Shown: piece by piece, positions 14,518 to 24,589 of the stretch
Position numbering within the stretch: the stretch's first letter is position 1
Layout of the letters: every line of letters begins with the position of its first letter
Source: Octopus sinensis
Taxonomy: Eukaryota
NCBI RefSeq assembly: GCF_006345805.1
Contig: NC_043020.1
Coordinates: 30,504,001 to 30,568,000 of the forward strand
Direction of reading: 5' to 3'
DNA: 64,000 nucleotides
Program-made: the position numbers and the translations under genes
The notes under the pieces: model-generated
Told to the model about the DNA's origin: nothing
The model's database searches: none
What the model saw: only the letters and a program-made list of their open reading frames with translations

Positions 14518-15304
14518 CAGCAGCAACAGCAGCAGGTTGAGAGTAGAAACAAACTTACAGATTTATCCCACATAATAAAAAAGGATTTGGTGGCCACTTT
14601 CTCTTCGATGGTCTCTTGGTGGAGTTTCTGTTGAAGTAGCTGCAGGGGGGGAAAGCAGTCCGAGTTTACACCAGTGACACAACGTAATGTGGAGATGGTG
14701 GAGACGGGGTGGTAATGGTGGTGGTGGTGGTTGAGATGGTGGTGGTGGCATGTAAAACGCACCAGACACACTCTTTTAAGTGGTTGGTGTTAGGAAGGGC
14801 ATCCAGCCATAGAAACCCCGTCACAACAAACAGTTGAAGTCTGGCCAACTCCATGTCAAACCCTCCAGCCCATGCCAGCATGGAAAACTCACATTAAATG
14901 ATGATGATGATGATGATGATGATATAGATATAATTGCAGCATAAAAGGTGTTTATAAGTCATTTAAGAAACACACAAAATCCGTTAGATTCATTTCAACA
15001 TTTAAATTTAATGGATTTTGTGTGTTTCTTAAATGGCTTATAAACACCTTCCACACTGCAATTGTTTTTGTTCCAGCACACAATCTCAGATCAGGTCACT
15101 TGCTATGCAAGTAAATCTCTGTAATATATATATATATATATATCGGTTCCATTCTAACAAAAACTGTCTGATGAACGGCAACGAGAAACTCAGAGTAACA
15201 GATTTTGTTGAATTTTCTGCTGCTTTAAATAAAGCATATTACTCTACCACTGGTATTTGAGTACTCTTTTTTTCCACCTTGTTTCGCATTTATGTGTTTA
15301 CTCC

Positions 15305-15374
<70 letters not shown>

Positions 15375-17662
15375 TGTGTGTGTGTGTGTATATATATATA
15401 TACATATATATATTGAATCAAATAAACATATGTTGTTGGTATACTCCAGGGTGTGTGACATGTCATAAATACCTATGGTGTATCACCAGATATATATCTA
15501 TACACACACACACACATATATGATTGTACATATATATATATATATACATATATTCATCTGGTGATATACCATAGGTATTTATGACATGTCAGACACCCTG
15601 GAGAATTCCAACAATGTACAATCAACATAATGTGTGTGTGTATAAACACACACACACACACACCTACCTACCCATATCAGTTGAGGGTGGACAGTCTAGT
15701 GATTGGGGTGTTGCATCCCAACCGGGTGGTGTATTGTGTTCTTGAGCAAGATACTCTGTCTTCTGTTGCTCTGTAATCACTTTGGCACCTGTCGTTTGCT
15801 ACATCGTACACCTGTTCAGACAACACCGATTTGATGGATGGAGCAAGCTCATGTAAGGCAAATGTACATTTGTCCACCAATAAACAAATCTTCCTGGGGC
15901 TATGAGAGGCTATCATCATCCATTCACACACCTATCGTCAGCTCCCTTCTCTACAGTGACTGTGTCTGTTGGTCATCCCTCCAGCCACACTCACATATAT
16001 TTCAGAAGCACGTCCAATGTATGTTGTTAGTAACTGGGTGTATATATTTCTATAATTAGTCACTCCAGTAAACAGTAACATATAATACCTCGTAGTAGGC
16101 TCTGTTTGCATGGCTTTCATCTTTACATTCAATCTGAAAATAAACGAACACATAAACAAGGATAAATTATTTCAATGTTTTTATTGACATTTCATGTAAT
16201 CCAAATTCCTCTCTTAACCATTCTCGTCACCATATTACTGCATTACCTCTGGATATCCTTGTTGCTTATTTTGATTATATATATATATATATCATCATCA
16301 TTTAACGTCCGCTTTCCATGCTAGCATGGGTTGGACGGTTCAACTGGGGTCTGGGGAGCCCGAAAGCTGCACCAGTCCAGTCAGATCTGGCAGTGTTTCT
16401 ACTATATATATTGATAGAAATGGTAAGATAACAAAAGAAAGAAAGAGACCTCAATATTATGTAAATAGAGGAAATTTATTTGTAAAATAATATGTGACAA
16501 TTATTCAATAACCAAGATAAAACTCTGAGTTTCGGATGCTGAGGTGGAAATCCACAACACCATCTCTTCGGTTGTCTGGCCATATCCATTTGATAACCGA
16601 AGAGATGGTGTTGTGGATTTCCACCTCAGCATCCGAAACTCAGAGTTTTATCTTGGCTATTGAATAATTGTCACATATTATTTTAGATATATATATATAT
16701 ATATATATATATATGCTTGTGTGTGTGTTTGTGTTTGTCCCTTGCCTCTCCTCCCCCACATGACAATCAGTGTTGGTTTGTTTATGTTTGGCAAAAGAGT
16801 TCGATAGAATGAGTACCAGACTTTAAAAAATAAGTGGTGGTGGGGGAAGGGGTGATCAGTTTGGTTAAAACCCTTCAAGGTAGTGCCCCAGCATGGCCAA
16901 AGTTCAATGACTTGAAACAAGTAAAAGATAACAGATGAACTGTTCTTATATGAAATTATAAAAGTAAATTTTGGTTGGCATTGAAACACTTTAAAATAGG
17001 GTTTTTTTTACATCATAGTCCCAGACAAGGGCAACCCCAGTGGGGTTGGCATTGATTGTTAAAGAGCTTCAAGTAAAACCCATAAACCCCTTGTACCTTT
17101 TTCAAAATCAGTTTCTTGTTTGCATAGTCTCCTTTCTCGGTTACCAAAAACGTGGAAGAGAAATGACAAGATGAAAGTTCTTCAATAATCTGTGGAGCAG
17201 AAGAAAAGAGATTGATATGATAAGCATTGTGGATTCACTGTTGATTCATTGCATACTCACTCCTTCAATGTCATTCAACCTGCGAGAAACCACAGCTGGT
17301 GAAACCCTGGACGAGTCCACTCTACTGTTTGGAAAGAGAAGAACACAGTCTGTTGTGAGGGTTTCTTTTTCAGAAATCTTAGATGCAAACGAGGATATGT
17401 GTGTGTGTATGGGGGAGGAAAGGAAAACGGAGGACTGGGTCGTGATGCGAACAGGAAATTGAATGGGAAGATTAATGGAGGGAAGAACTGAGCTATTATC
17501 ACTGAGTGAAGTACTGACATTGAGTGAGCTTCTGGGATTGAGTGAGGTACTCACACTGAGTGAGTTAGGTAGACAGACAGGTAGGTGAGTGGATAGATTG
17601 ATGGATAGATAGGTGGACTGATAGATAGATAGACAGACAGACGGACGGACGGACGGACGGAC

Positions 17663-17737
<75 letters not shown>

Positions 17738-17895
17738 ACTGGTAACAAATGCCCAGCGTGTCTAACCGTTGATGGCTCTCCATCACTACCACTGCTGCTA
17801 AGCCATCTCAATACAACCGACGTGAAGTTGTGTCTTTGTCCTCGGCTTAACAATAAAATAACAGAAAGTTTGAAACTTACTTTATATCGTTCCAT
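1294..17895 (-). CDS. STKLD1: Serine/threonine kinase-like domain-containing protein 1 (STKLD1/SgK071) homolog; 14 coding exons assembled, about 462 codons, 3' end not resolved
   Basis: Exons with GT-AG boundaries and matching phases: 17881-17895, 17097-17189, 16089-16133, 14559-14639, 9664-9765, 9416-9486, 8694-8809, 7593-7807, 6376-6449, 5371-5444, 4608-4847, 3533-3597, 2870-2936, 1294-1422 (sum 1387 nt). The translation has kinase subdomains in order (LILKK, RAYYE, HRSLQLSN, DFG, WLAPE, DVWCLG, ERPT) followed by ARM-like helices. It is colinear with the human STKLD1 sequence as recalled from memory (MEKYQ, VECMDD, FITWNGE, VYSLLAI). Confidence 0.85.
2870..2936 (-). CDS. STKLD1: STKLD1 exon 13 ([22 protein letters not shown])
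   Basis: Acceptor ctctattctgtttcag, donor G|GTAAGA; 67 nt, phase 0-1; resembles human LLVMVYSLLAI. Confidence 0.8.
3533..3597 (-). CDS. STKLD1: STKLD1 exon 12 ([22 protein letters not shown])
   Basis: Acceptor ctcttctctcgtttcag, donor GAA|GTAAGT; 65 nt, phase 1-0. Confidence 0.8.
4608..4847 (-). CDS. STKLD1: STKLD1 exon 11 ([20 protein letters not shown]...[10 protein letters not shown]), ARM-like region
   Basis: Acceptor ttttttttccag; 240 nt open, phase 1-1; donor T|GTATAA is weaker but phase-compatible. Confidence 0.8.
5371..5444 (-). CDS. STKLD1: STKLD1 exon 10 ([24 protein letters not shown])
   Basis: Acceptor ctctcttttcattctcag, donor G|GTAGGT; 74 nt, phase 2-1 bridges the neighbouring exons. 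Confidence 0.75.
5866..6290. repeat. Dispersed repeat (probable RTE-type 3' end) with an internal ~23-bp tandem array at 6010-6125; relatives at 14750-14925 and 16290-16400
   Basis: GCATGGGTTGGACGGTT and GGATGC(T/C)CTTCC motifs adjacent to (CAT)n. Confidence 0.6.
6376..6449 (-). CDS. STKLD1: STKLD1 exon 9 ([25 protein letters not shown]), subdomain XI
   Basis: Acceptor aaatttttcag, donor AC|GTGAGT; 74 nt, phase 0-2; conserved RP motif. Confidence 0.85.
7593..7807 (-). CDS. STKLD1: STKLD1 exon 8 (GDLVWLAPE...[10 protein letters not shown]...FWEKLEQ)
   Basis: Acceptor tctgttgcag, donor CAG|GTAGGT; 215 nt, phase 1-0; APE and subdomain IX motifs. Confidence 0.9.
7965..8500 (-). mobile_element. 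Degenerate non-LTR retrotransposon RT fragment, R4/Dong-like
   Basis: Minus-strand peptides [46 protein letters not shown] and [13 protein letters not shown], with stops and frameshifts. Confidence 0.65.
8694..8809 (-). CDS. STKLD1: STKLD1 exon 7 ([38 protein letters not shown]), catalytic loop and DFG
   Basis: Acceptor ttttccttgttttag, donor G|GTAAAT; 116 nt, phase 2-1. Confidence 0.9.
9416..9486 (-). CDS. STKLD1: STKLD1 exon 6 ([24 protein letters not shown])
   Basis: Acceptor cctttctattccag, donor AG|GTATTT; 71 nt, phase 0-2. Confidence 0.85.
9664..9765 (-). CDS. STKLD1: STKLD1 exon 5 ([34 protein letters not shown]); alternative upstream acceptor would give 9664-9789
   Basis: Donor GAG|GTAAAG; 102 nt, phase 0-0; colinear with human ISSLYLCLVMEFNELSF. 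Confidence 0.75.
12105..12491. repeat. Long near-perfect fold-back element (~180-bp arms) in (TA)n context
   Basis: Arms 12105-12287 and 12309-12491 are reverse complements apart from a ~5-nt patch. Confidence 0.9.
12831..13797 (-). mobile_element. 5'-truncated CR1-type LINE (RT C-terminal half, 3' UTR and (TAAC)n tail)
   Basis: Open frame [18 protein letters not shown]...LLFADDVKL...ERVQKLAT...RGDLI to stop at 12917; microsatellite tail at 12831-12848. Confidence 0.9.
13840..14058. mobile_element. hAT (Charlie-like) MITE
   Basis: Terminal inverted repeats CAGAGCTTTTCAAAC / CAGTGGTTTTCAAAC and internal GCGGAACCC repeats; clean 8-bp TSD not seen. Confidence 0.7.
14255..14520. repeat. Compound (TAG)n/(ATT)n microsatellite immediately 3' of STKLD1 exon 4
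   Basis: Direct observation; includes an internally duplicated block. Confidence 0.9.
14559..14639 (-). CDS. STKLD1: STKLD1 exon 4 ([27 protein letters not shown])
   Basis: Acceptor tttccccccctgcag, donor TCT|GTAAGT; 81 nt, phase 0-0; ends FFIMWDKS versus human LFITWNGE. Confidence 0.8.
15144..15307 (+). mobile_element. Short (TA)n-flanked element containing a hammerhead-like motif (family A)
   Basis: Both ends abut (TA)n; homologous to 60969-61162. Confidence 0.7.
15156..15209 (+). ncRNA. Minimal type-I hammerhead ribozyme-like motif
   Basis: Stem I AACAAAAACTGT/ACAGATTTTGTT; core CTGATGA; short stem II CG-GCAA-CG; GAAA; stem III ACTC-A-GAGT; GUA cleavage triplet. Confidence 0.55.
15434..15613. 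repeat. Inverted repeat with ~58-bp arms around a TA/CA microsatellite loop
   Basis: 15434-15491 is the reverse complement of 15556-15613 with a few mismatches. Confidence 0.85.
16089..16133 (-). CDS. STKLD1: STKLD1 exon 3 ([15 protein letters not shown]), alphaC helix
   Basis: Acceptor tttattttcag, donor GAG|GTATTA; 45 nt, phase 0-0; resembles human VECMDDHYASQALEE. Confidence 0.85.
16405..16690. mobile_element. (TA)n-flanked fold-back element (family B) with 93-bp arms, each carrying a hammerhead-like motif
   Basis: Arms 16483-16575 and 16592-16684; homologous to 62360-62520. Confidence 0.75.
16592..16652 (+). ncRNA. Hammerhead-like motif (core variant CCGAAGA); inverted twin on the minus strand at 16515-16575
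   Basis: Stem I GATAA/TTATC; stem II GATG/CATC; GAAA; stem III ACTC-A-GAGT; GUU triplet; one extra C before GAAA. Confidence 0.45.
17097..17189 (-). CDS. STKLD1: STKLD1 exon 2 ([31 protein letters not shown]), kinase subdomains I-II
   Basis: Strong pyrimidine-rich acceptor ctcttttcttctgctccacag; donor AAG|GTACAA; 93 nt, phase 0-0. Confidence 0.85.
17881..17895 (-). CDS. STKLD1: STKLD1 coding exon 1 (MERYK)
   Basis: ATG at 17895 followed by a perfect donor AAA|GTAAGT, phase 0; matches recalled human MEKYQ| boundary. Confidence 0.8.
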
Positions 17896-17936
17896 GTTTT
17901 TTTTAAAAAGTTATTACTAAATGTTTGTTTATTGCT

Positions 17937-17990
17937 GTTGCTCAGCAACAACACTTTCTGCACTGAATATGATCCAATCCGTGATTGGCT
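17937..17990 (-). promoter_or_regulatory. Candidate STKLD1 proximal promoter: RFX X-box-like GTTGCTCAGCAAC (17937-17949) plus two opposed CCAAT boxes (17974-17978, 17984-17988)
   Basis: Motifs read directly from the sequence 42-95 nt upstream of the ATG. Confidence 0.45.
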
Positions 17991-19450
17991 GACTTTCCCG
18001 ACAAATTGTTTAAATAGTGTTGGTTTGCTTTAATTTTATTTCGCCCTTCACCTTTACCTTCCAAACCTCTCCCATCAATGGCCGTCACCCTCTTGTAGGG
18101 GTGGAAGTGTTACAGATGGCATCTCTTTATGTGTGTGTATGCTTTTTGTCTTGTCTTTTGCCGAAAGTCAATCTGTTGAGCCTTTTATAATCCGACGATG
18201 CTTATTAAATCAATGAAGTTGACGCAAAAACGGTTGAGAATTATCTCCCTTCGTTCATTCCGAATTATTTCTGTCATTTTTCCCCCAATAAAGTTGAGAA
18301 AAAGACTTTGTGGGAATTTCAAGTTCCGCCTTGAAATTCTGTGGTTTGTTTAGAGATCACGGTCAAAGCAAACTGGAAAATTGTCTTTGACGTGAAAGTT
18401 TTAAGCTACACAGACACATATAAATATATAGATACGCATATACACCAACATATATACCGTTTGCAAATACATGACGGCCAACAACAAAAGTAATTTATTA
18501 CGACCAAGCTGACCGCGGCACCAGTGGCGCAACGCGAGTTTTAGGTTGTCCTGCATGTTAATTAGATAAATCGCTCCCTTCCTTAAACGTAACAAACCTT
18601 CAACTGCCGCAAACACATCGATATGAAATGGTTGTCCTTTGATGTCCACACAACTCCTTGAAACTCCACACAACTCACGCTACACCAAACGAAATGGAAC
18701 TTGCTAAAACGTCGACAAAGTGAAGGTGGGCAGCTCTAGTGACCGATCGCCACTGAATAAATAATATAATGACACTATTTTCCATTGACTATTAAATTTG
18801 GAATACCGAAATTAATACGTTACCTATAAAGGTGGAAATCTCAGCTTTTGGAACGTATACCGGGTGCATGTTGAACTGACGTTGCTCGCTTCTCCAATAT
18901 TTAATACAAATGTTGTTGGTAAACATTGCTAACGACAAACTAACTTCGTAGCGGACATTTTACTCCAACTGAAATTAATATTTTAACTTTATCGACATTT
19001 CGTCATCTTGTCCCGAATGTCACGTGATCAAAAGTATTTGTCAATTAGCAATTAGCAATTGCTTCAGACTTTTTAATTCGACAAAGTTAGGAGCGCATCA
19101 ACTGTTATTTCCTGATTTGCAACAATTTGTTGGAATGCTTTCGGTTTTTGGTCACCAATTGAAAGTAAGCAGTCGTCGAAAGCAACCAGCATTCATAATC
19201 CGTGCGGAAGGAGGGGGGGGCAACTGCAGAGTCTTTTAACCTTTTTATCTTTTACTTGTTTCAGTCATTAGACGGCGGCCATGCTGGGGCACCACCCTGA
19301 GGAGCTTTAGTTGACGAAATCGACTCCAGAACTCACTTTTAAAAACCTGGTATTTCTTCTATCGGTTTCTTTCATCGAACTGATAAGTTACAAAGACGTA
19401 AACACATCAACACCAGTTGTCAAACGGTGGGGGAGAGACAGACACACATC

Positions 19451-19483
<33 letters not shown>

Positions 19484-19681
19484 ATTCACGATGGGCTTCT
19501 TCCAGTCTCCACTTACCAAATCCATTCACAAGGTTTTGGTCAGCCCGTGGCTATAGAAGAAGACACTTGCCCAAGGTGCTACGCAGTGGAACTAATGAGG
19601 CCAGAACTAATGAGGCCGACAGAATAAGTATCAGATTTACTATAAAAATAAGTCCTGGGGTCCATTCTTTCAATTAAAACT

Positions 19682-20045
19682 CTTCTGGTCGAGTAACCCA
19701 TCCCGCTCAAAAGGACCCTGAATAAGGATTATTTAAGGATGTTGAACAAACCACCCATGTTTCCAAAGGTGAATTATTCAAACCCCAAAGAATCCCTCTC
19801 AACACATGGCTATGATGTTCCCCCACTACTTCTGCTCGTGATCAGAGATGCACATATCGTCAGCCACTAAGGGACATGCTCAACTGGTTAAGGTCAAACA
19901 ACTGACAAGCAAATCTGTGGTATTGAGTAGAATATTTGCTGTAGCCCATCTTTTATACCAAGACAAAACAATGTACATGATGACACTTCCAATCAGTTAA
20001 GATCAGAAGCCAGGAGAGTCACTGCCTGGTACTACATCAGGGCAT
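19682..20045 (-). mobile_element. Partial copy of the ~520-bp (TAA)n-associated retroelement
   Basis: Near-identical to the corresponding part of 34861-35381; same terminus next to AAT/ATT repeats. Confidence 0.85.
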
Positions 20046-20810
20046 TCATTTATAATGCCCTTATTATAATAATAATAATAATTATTATTATTAGGCTGTT
20101 GTTGTTTTCGCTTTGTTGCTATTGTCGACACTGGTAGGAGACTGTGAAACTAATGGGAGAGGCTGAATTATCTCCCCTATTTCATTCTCTTAATATTATG
20201 TGGCAGTGAATACAACAGAACAATAAGTAAAGGGAGGCAAATCAGAGCATACTCACATGCATACATACGTACAATACATACATACATACATACATACATA
20301 CATACATACATACAACATACATACATACATACGTACATACATACATATATACATACATACATACATACATACATACATACACACACATACATACATACAT
20401 ACACACATACATACACACACATACATACACACACATACATATACACACACACACACATACATACATACACACATACATACATACATAGCACTATGTGTCA
20501 CGTCGAGCGCACTGGGATCCCATCAGCAAATCTCATAGTCTCCTTCACACTTCTATCTCTCTCTCTCTCTCTCTCCCCCTCTCTCTCATCCATCATCTCT
20601 GCAACATATTTTTTTTCAAGGTTTCTCTCCTCCAGCAACTGTTGCACATATGTTCAACAAGCTCTGACTCTTTCTTTTTCTTTTACCATTTACTGGTTCT
20701 CATAGCAATAACTGACCTATAATCACATTCTGTCTCCGTCAACACTGTCCCACAAACTTTAATCTTACTTGTTTGATGGTTTCTGTTAATAACATATTAC
20801 GCACACACAC

Positions 20811-20841
<31 letters not shown>

Positions 20842-20955
20842 AACACAGACTCATACACACAAACACACACACACAAACAAACAAACACACATGCATAAAA
20901 CGATTTGTTTATTTCCTGGATGCAGTTTTAATACTCACTGCAAGTCCCCGAGCTC

Positions 20956-22114
20956 TACGAGGCTAATTCAAACATTAAACGCGCTCTTGTGTCTCTAATT
21001 TATTTTAACAAAAGCAGGGTTTGAAACGTCAGTTTTCGACATAGTTTCTTTGCTTTCCGATGCACTTTTTCCAGCGGTCCCCAAGCTTGCTTTTTCCATC
21101 GGAGAAGCAGGTTTTCGGCTGGTTGCGCAACCATTTATGCACCTTCCTGCGCTTCTTCGTCTGTAGCAGATCAATGACCTCGTAAAGGATGCTGGAGCGG
21201 TTCAAAGAGATGATAATGAGAAGGGATTAGAACTGGACTGTATGCAGAGTTTTCCAGCAAATCGAAACCCAATTTTTCAATAGTTTCAACGCTTCAGGCG
21301 ACTGCGTTGCCATGCAACAGCAACACTTTGACAACAGACCTCAGCGTTTGGTGTGAATTGCTGCCGATACTGGTGACCGTAGACCCCTTTTCCAGTTAAT
21401 GTTCCAGTGTAGGTCTTTTTGGGTCCCCAAAAGCGTCACTTTTTCTGCAGAGGGTTGAGTCTTGGAGTTCTCTTCCGCAGGCGTTTCCAGGGGTTTTTAC
21501 TCCATACTCTGCCTAGATTTTGGCTGAAAGTGATGCCTTCGTTGTTGTAGCGGTCAAGTAAGCATTGACAGATCGCCACAAGAGAGTAAACTCTCTTGGC
21601 ACTCATTTCGCACACATTTTATGGAAGAGAAACTTCTCGGGATGATTTCGTATGCAGAACCATGACCTATTTGCGAAGAACATTCCACCTTATCGATGGT
21701 AATTGGTCGGTTCGTCAGAACCATCTCACGAGATTGCTGAATCTTCTCGTCAGTGGTGGGCGTCTTTCCCCCTCTTCATCTTTCATGCTTGTCCGTCCAT
21801 TTTTAAACATCTCGATCTTCTCACAAACACTTCTTCGCGGTTGAGTGCTGTCCCCGTTTTGTATTGAAAACTTGAGATGAATTTCAGCCCCTGACATACT
21901 TTCATACCAGAGAAATCGGGTCACTGATCTCTGTTCGTCCTTGGTGCACACTGCCGAAGGAGTGGACATATTTACTCAGTATCACAAGAAAGAAAACTGG
22001 AACGATCAAGATGAAACCGGTTACGTAACCCCAAACACGCAAGCGCCGGAGGCAGTGCGGTGAACCTGAAGAAAGTTTTGGCGAAAGTGCCGATATTTTT
22101 GACTTCATCTTGTA
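20956..22114 (-). mobile_element. Near full-length defective Mariner DNA transposon (transposase pseudogene 21029-21969)
   Basis: MSTPSAVCTKDEQRSVTRFL...MFKNGRTSMKDE N-terminus; AYSPVLIPSHYHLFE (degenerate YSPDLAPSD); RWKKCIGKQRNYVEN* C-terminus; diverged TA-bounded TIRs. Confidence 0.85.
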
Positions 22115-22134
22115 ATATCTAGTGTCCTAAATAT

Positions 22135-22315
22135 GGCGGTGAGCTGGTAGAATCAATAGTACGCCGGTTAAAAATGCTTGGCGGCGTTTCTTCTACCGAA
22201 GTCGACTTTTCCTTTCACCCTTTCGAGGTCGATAAGTATCAGTTGAGCAGTAGGGTCGGTGTAATCGACTCCCTCCCTCCGAAATTGTTGGTCTTGTACC
22301 AAAATTTGAAACCAA
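22135..22315 (+). mobile_element. Nin/Deu-like SINE with internal deletion
   Basis: Head joined directly to the GAAGTCGACTTTTCC core. Confidence 0.7.
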
Positions 22316-24106
22316 CGTCCAGTATCCTAAATGATAAATACTAAAACAATCCACCGCCAAGGTGTTAAGCATTGTAATGGACACTAAACGAGCACAACTC
22401 TGATTTTCATATTTTCCGAAGGATTCCTTTCGTAATCTAGCTTTACTCACATAACCAACGCATGCAATTTTGTCTCTGTTGTGTGACTGCTCAGCATGGA
22501 CCGTTATGTGAAAGCTGGACAGAACATTGCATGAGGATAATCGATGGAGCGTGCTTTTGCGGTCCAAGTAGAATCTTTGAGTGGTCGGCGACCCGTGTTG
22601 TCACAGATATTTGACGAATTTTAATAAAGCCTTATGATAATGTGAGTGGGAAATAAAACATGATGTTTTCAATAATTTGTGGGGATGTAGAAATGTCTAG
22701 AATTCTGTTTTTAGTATTCCGATATTTCGGGATGAAGAAAAAGTCGACCTCGGCCGAATTTGAACACAGAATGTAAAGATAGTCAAAATATCCCTAAGCA
22801 TTTTGCGCAGAGTGCTGATGATTCTGCCAGCTCACCAAAGGATGAATCCTGCTGTACACTTTCACCACAACTTTCATTCTTTCTTCCTGTTTCTGTTGTG
22901 CCTGTATTTCAAAAGGGGTCAGCCTTGTCACACTCTGTGTCACACTGAATCTCCCTGAGAACTACGTTAAGGATACACGTGTCTGTGGAGTGCTCAGTCA
23001 CTTTCACGAGCAGGTTGTTCCGTTGATCGGATCAACTGGGACCCTCCTCGTCGTAACCGACGGAGTGCCACCTTGTACTTTACCAATGCACTTCATTTCA
23101 CTTGGCACTTGTCTACTGAGCTAGAAATAATTTCCGGCGAGTCCTTGCGAAGCCCTCTCTCTCTAGCCAAGCGTCACATCCAGTATGTTCCAAAGGGGCA
23201 GGAGTAATGGCGCCGAGCGAGTGCCTAAGTCTGTTCGCCACTGTACACCTACCGAAAGCAACTAAGGAAAATATTCCACATGTTACCAAACCGTCATTCT
23301 CTCGCGAGTGACGGCTTGTTGTATTGTGTGTGTTTGAGTGCGTTAATAGATGTATGCATGCATGTATTCATGCATATATAAGCATAGATAGATATGTGTG
23401 TGTGCGCGCGCGTTATCTTCTTCTCACGTGCTTCTATTCAGAAATGTGTACTTTAGAGAATTTGACAAAAAAAAAGAGGAAATTTTAGAAAAAAGGTACA
23501 CACAGACACACACACACACACACACACACATACACACACAGAGTACTTAACGCGATATTTCTTGAACTTCAAAGCAGATTCCGTTCCCATTCGAACCACT
23601 AATGAGCTCAAAGAGCAAACAACGGTGGAATTTCCTCTTGTAAGCAATAATTGTGGTTAGATAATATCATTCTGTCGTTCCGTTTCTGTCTTTGATTCTT
23701 TGATTCTTATTAATGATGTATAGCTTCTGCTATTCCGACTATCAAACGAAGAATTTCTCTCTCTCTTTGCCTCTCCCTCTCTCTCTCTCTCTTCCTCTAT
23801 CTCTGTCTCTCCCCCTTCCTCTTCACCAGATAATGTCTTCAGATAACATCTTTTAGTTCCACGTCGTCCCCTTAACTCATCATCATCATCATCATCATCA
23901 TCGTCGTCGTCGTCGTCGTCATCATCGTCACCGTCATCATCATCATCACCACCGCCGCGCCGTCGCCACCACGATCCTCTTCCTCTTCCCCCTCTTCATC
24001 TTCTATCCCCCACCTCGACTATCAACATCATTATCATCTTCATCACCACAGCTATTGCTGTAGCAATAATAATAATAATAATAATAATAACAACAACAAC
24101 AACAAC

Positions 24107-24138
<32 letters not shown>

Positions 24139-24179
24139 CAACAATAATAATTATAGCAATATCATCATCATCACCATCA

Positions 24180-24241
<62 letters not shown>

Positions 24242-24345
24242 CTGTAATGTGTCCTTGCATTTCCTTCTCGCCCGTCTCCCAAACCTCATTATTATTTTTA
24301 TTAATATTATTATTAAACGCTTCACTTGTTCACTGAACACACACA

Positions 24346-24395
<50 letters not shown>

Positions 24396-24589
24396 ACACA
24401 CACACGCACACACACAAGAAGGCAGGGGTGCAGCAGTGTTTAGATAGGTTACCTCCCTTACCTCTTCCTCGCTCACTTAATTCCGCCATTACAGCCTCTC
24501 ATCAAATCCTCCATCAAACCGTCTTCTTCCTTTGAGATTCAGATTCATTCTTTCTTTCTGACCTTTGTTTATTTGTTTGTTTATTCCTT

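Noticed and set aside
17261-17555. Ser/Thr-rich open frame ending in a GTGAGT donor just upstream of STKLD1 exon 2
   Set aside because: No ATG, and its acceptors are phase 2, incompatible with the phase-0 MERYK exon, which already has a perfect donor.
22462-22614. 50-codon Cys-rich ORF (MQFCLCCVTAQHGPLCESWTEHC…)
   Set aside because: No signal peptide, splice support or recognisable family.
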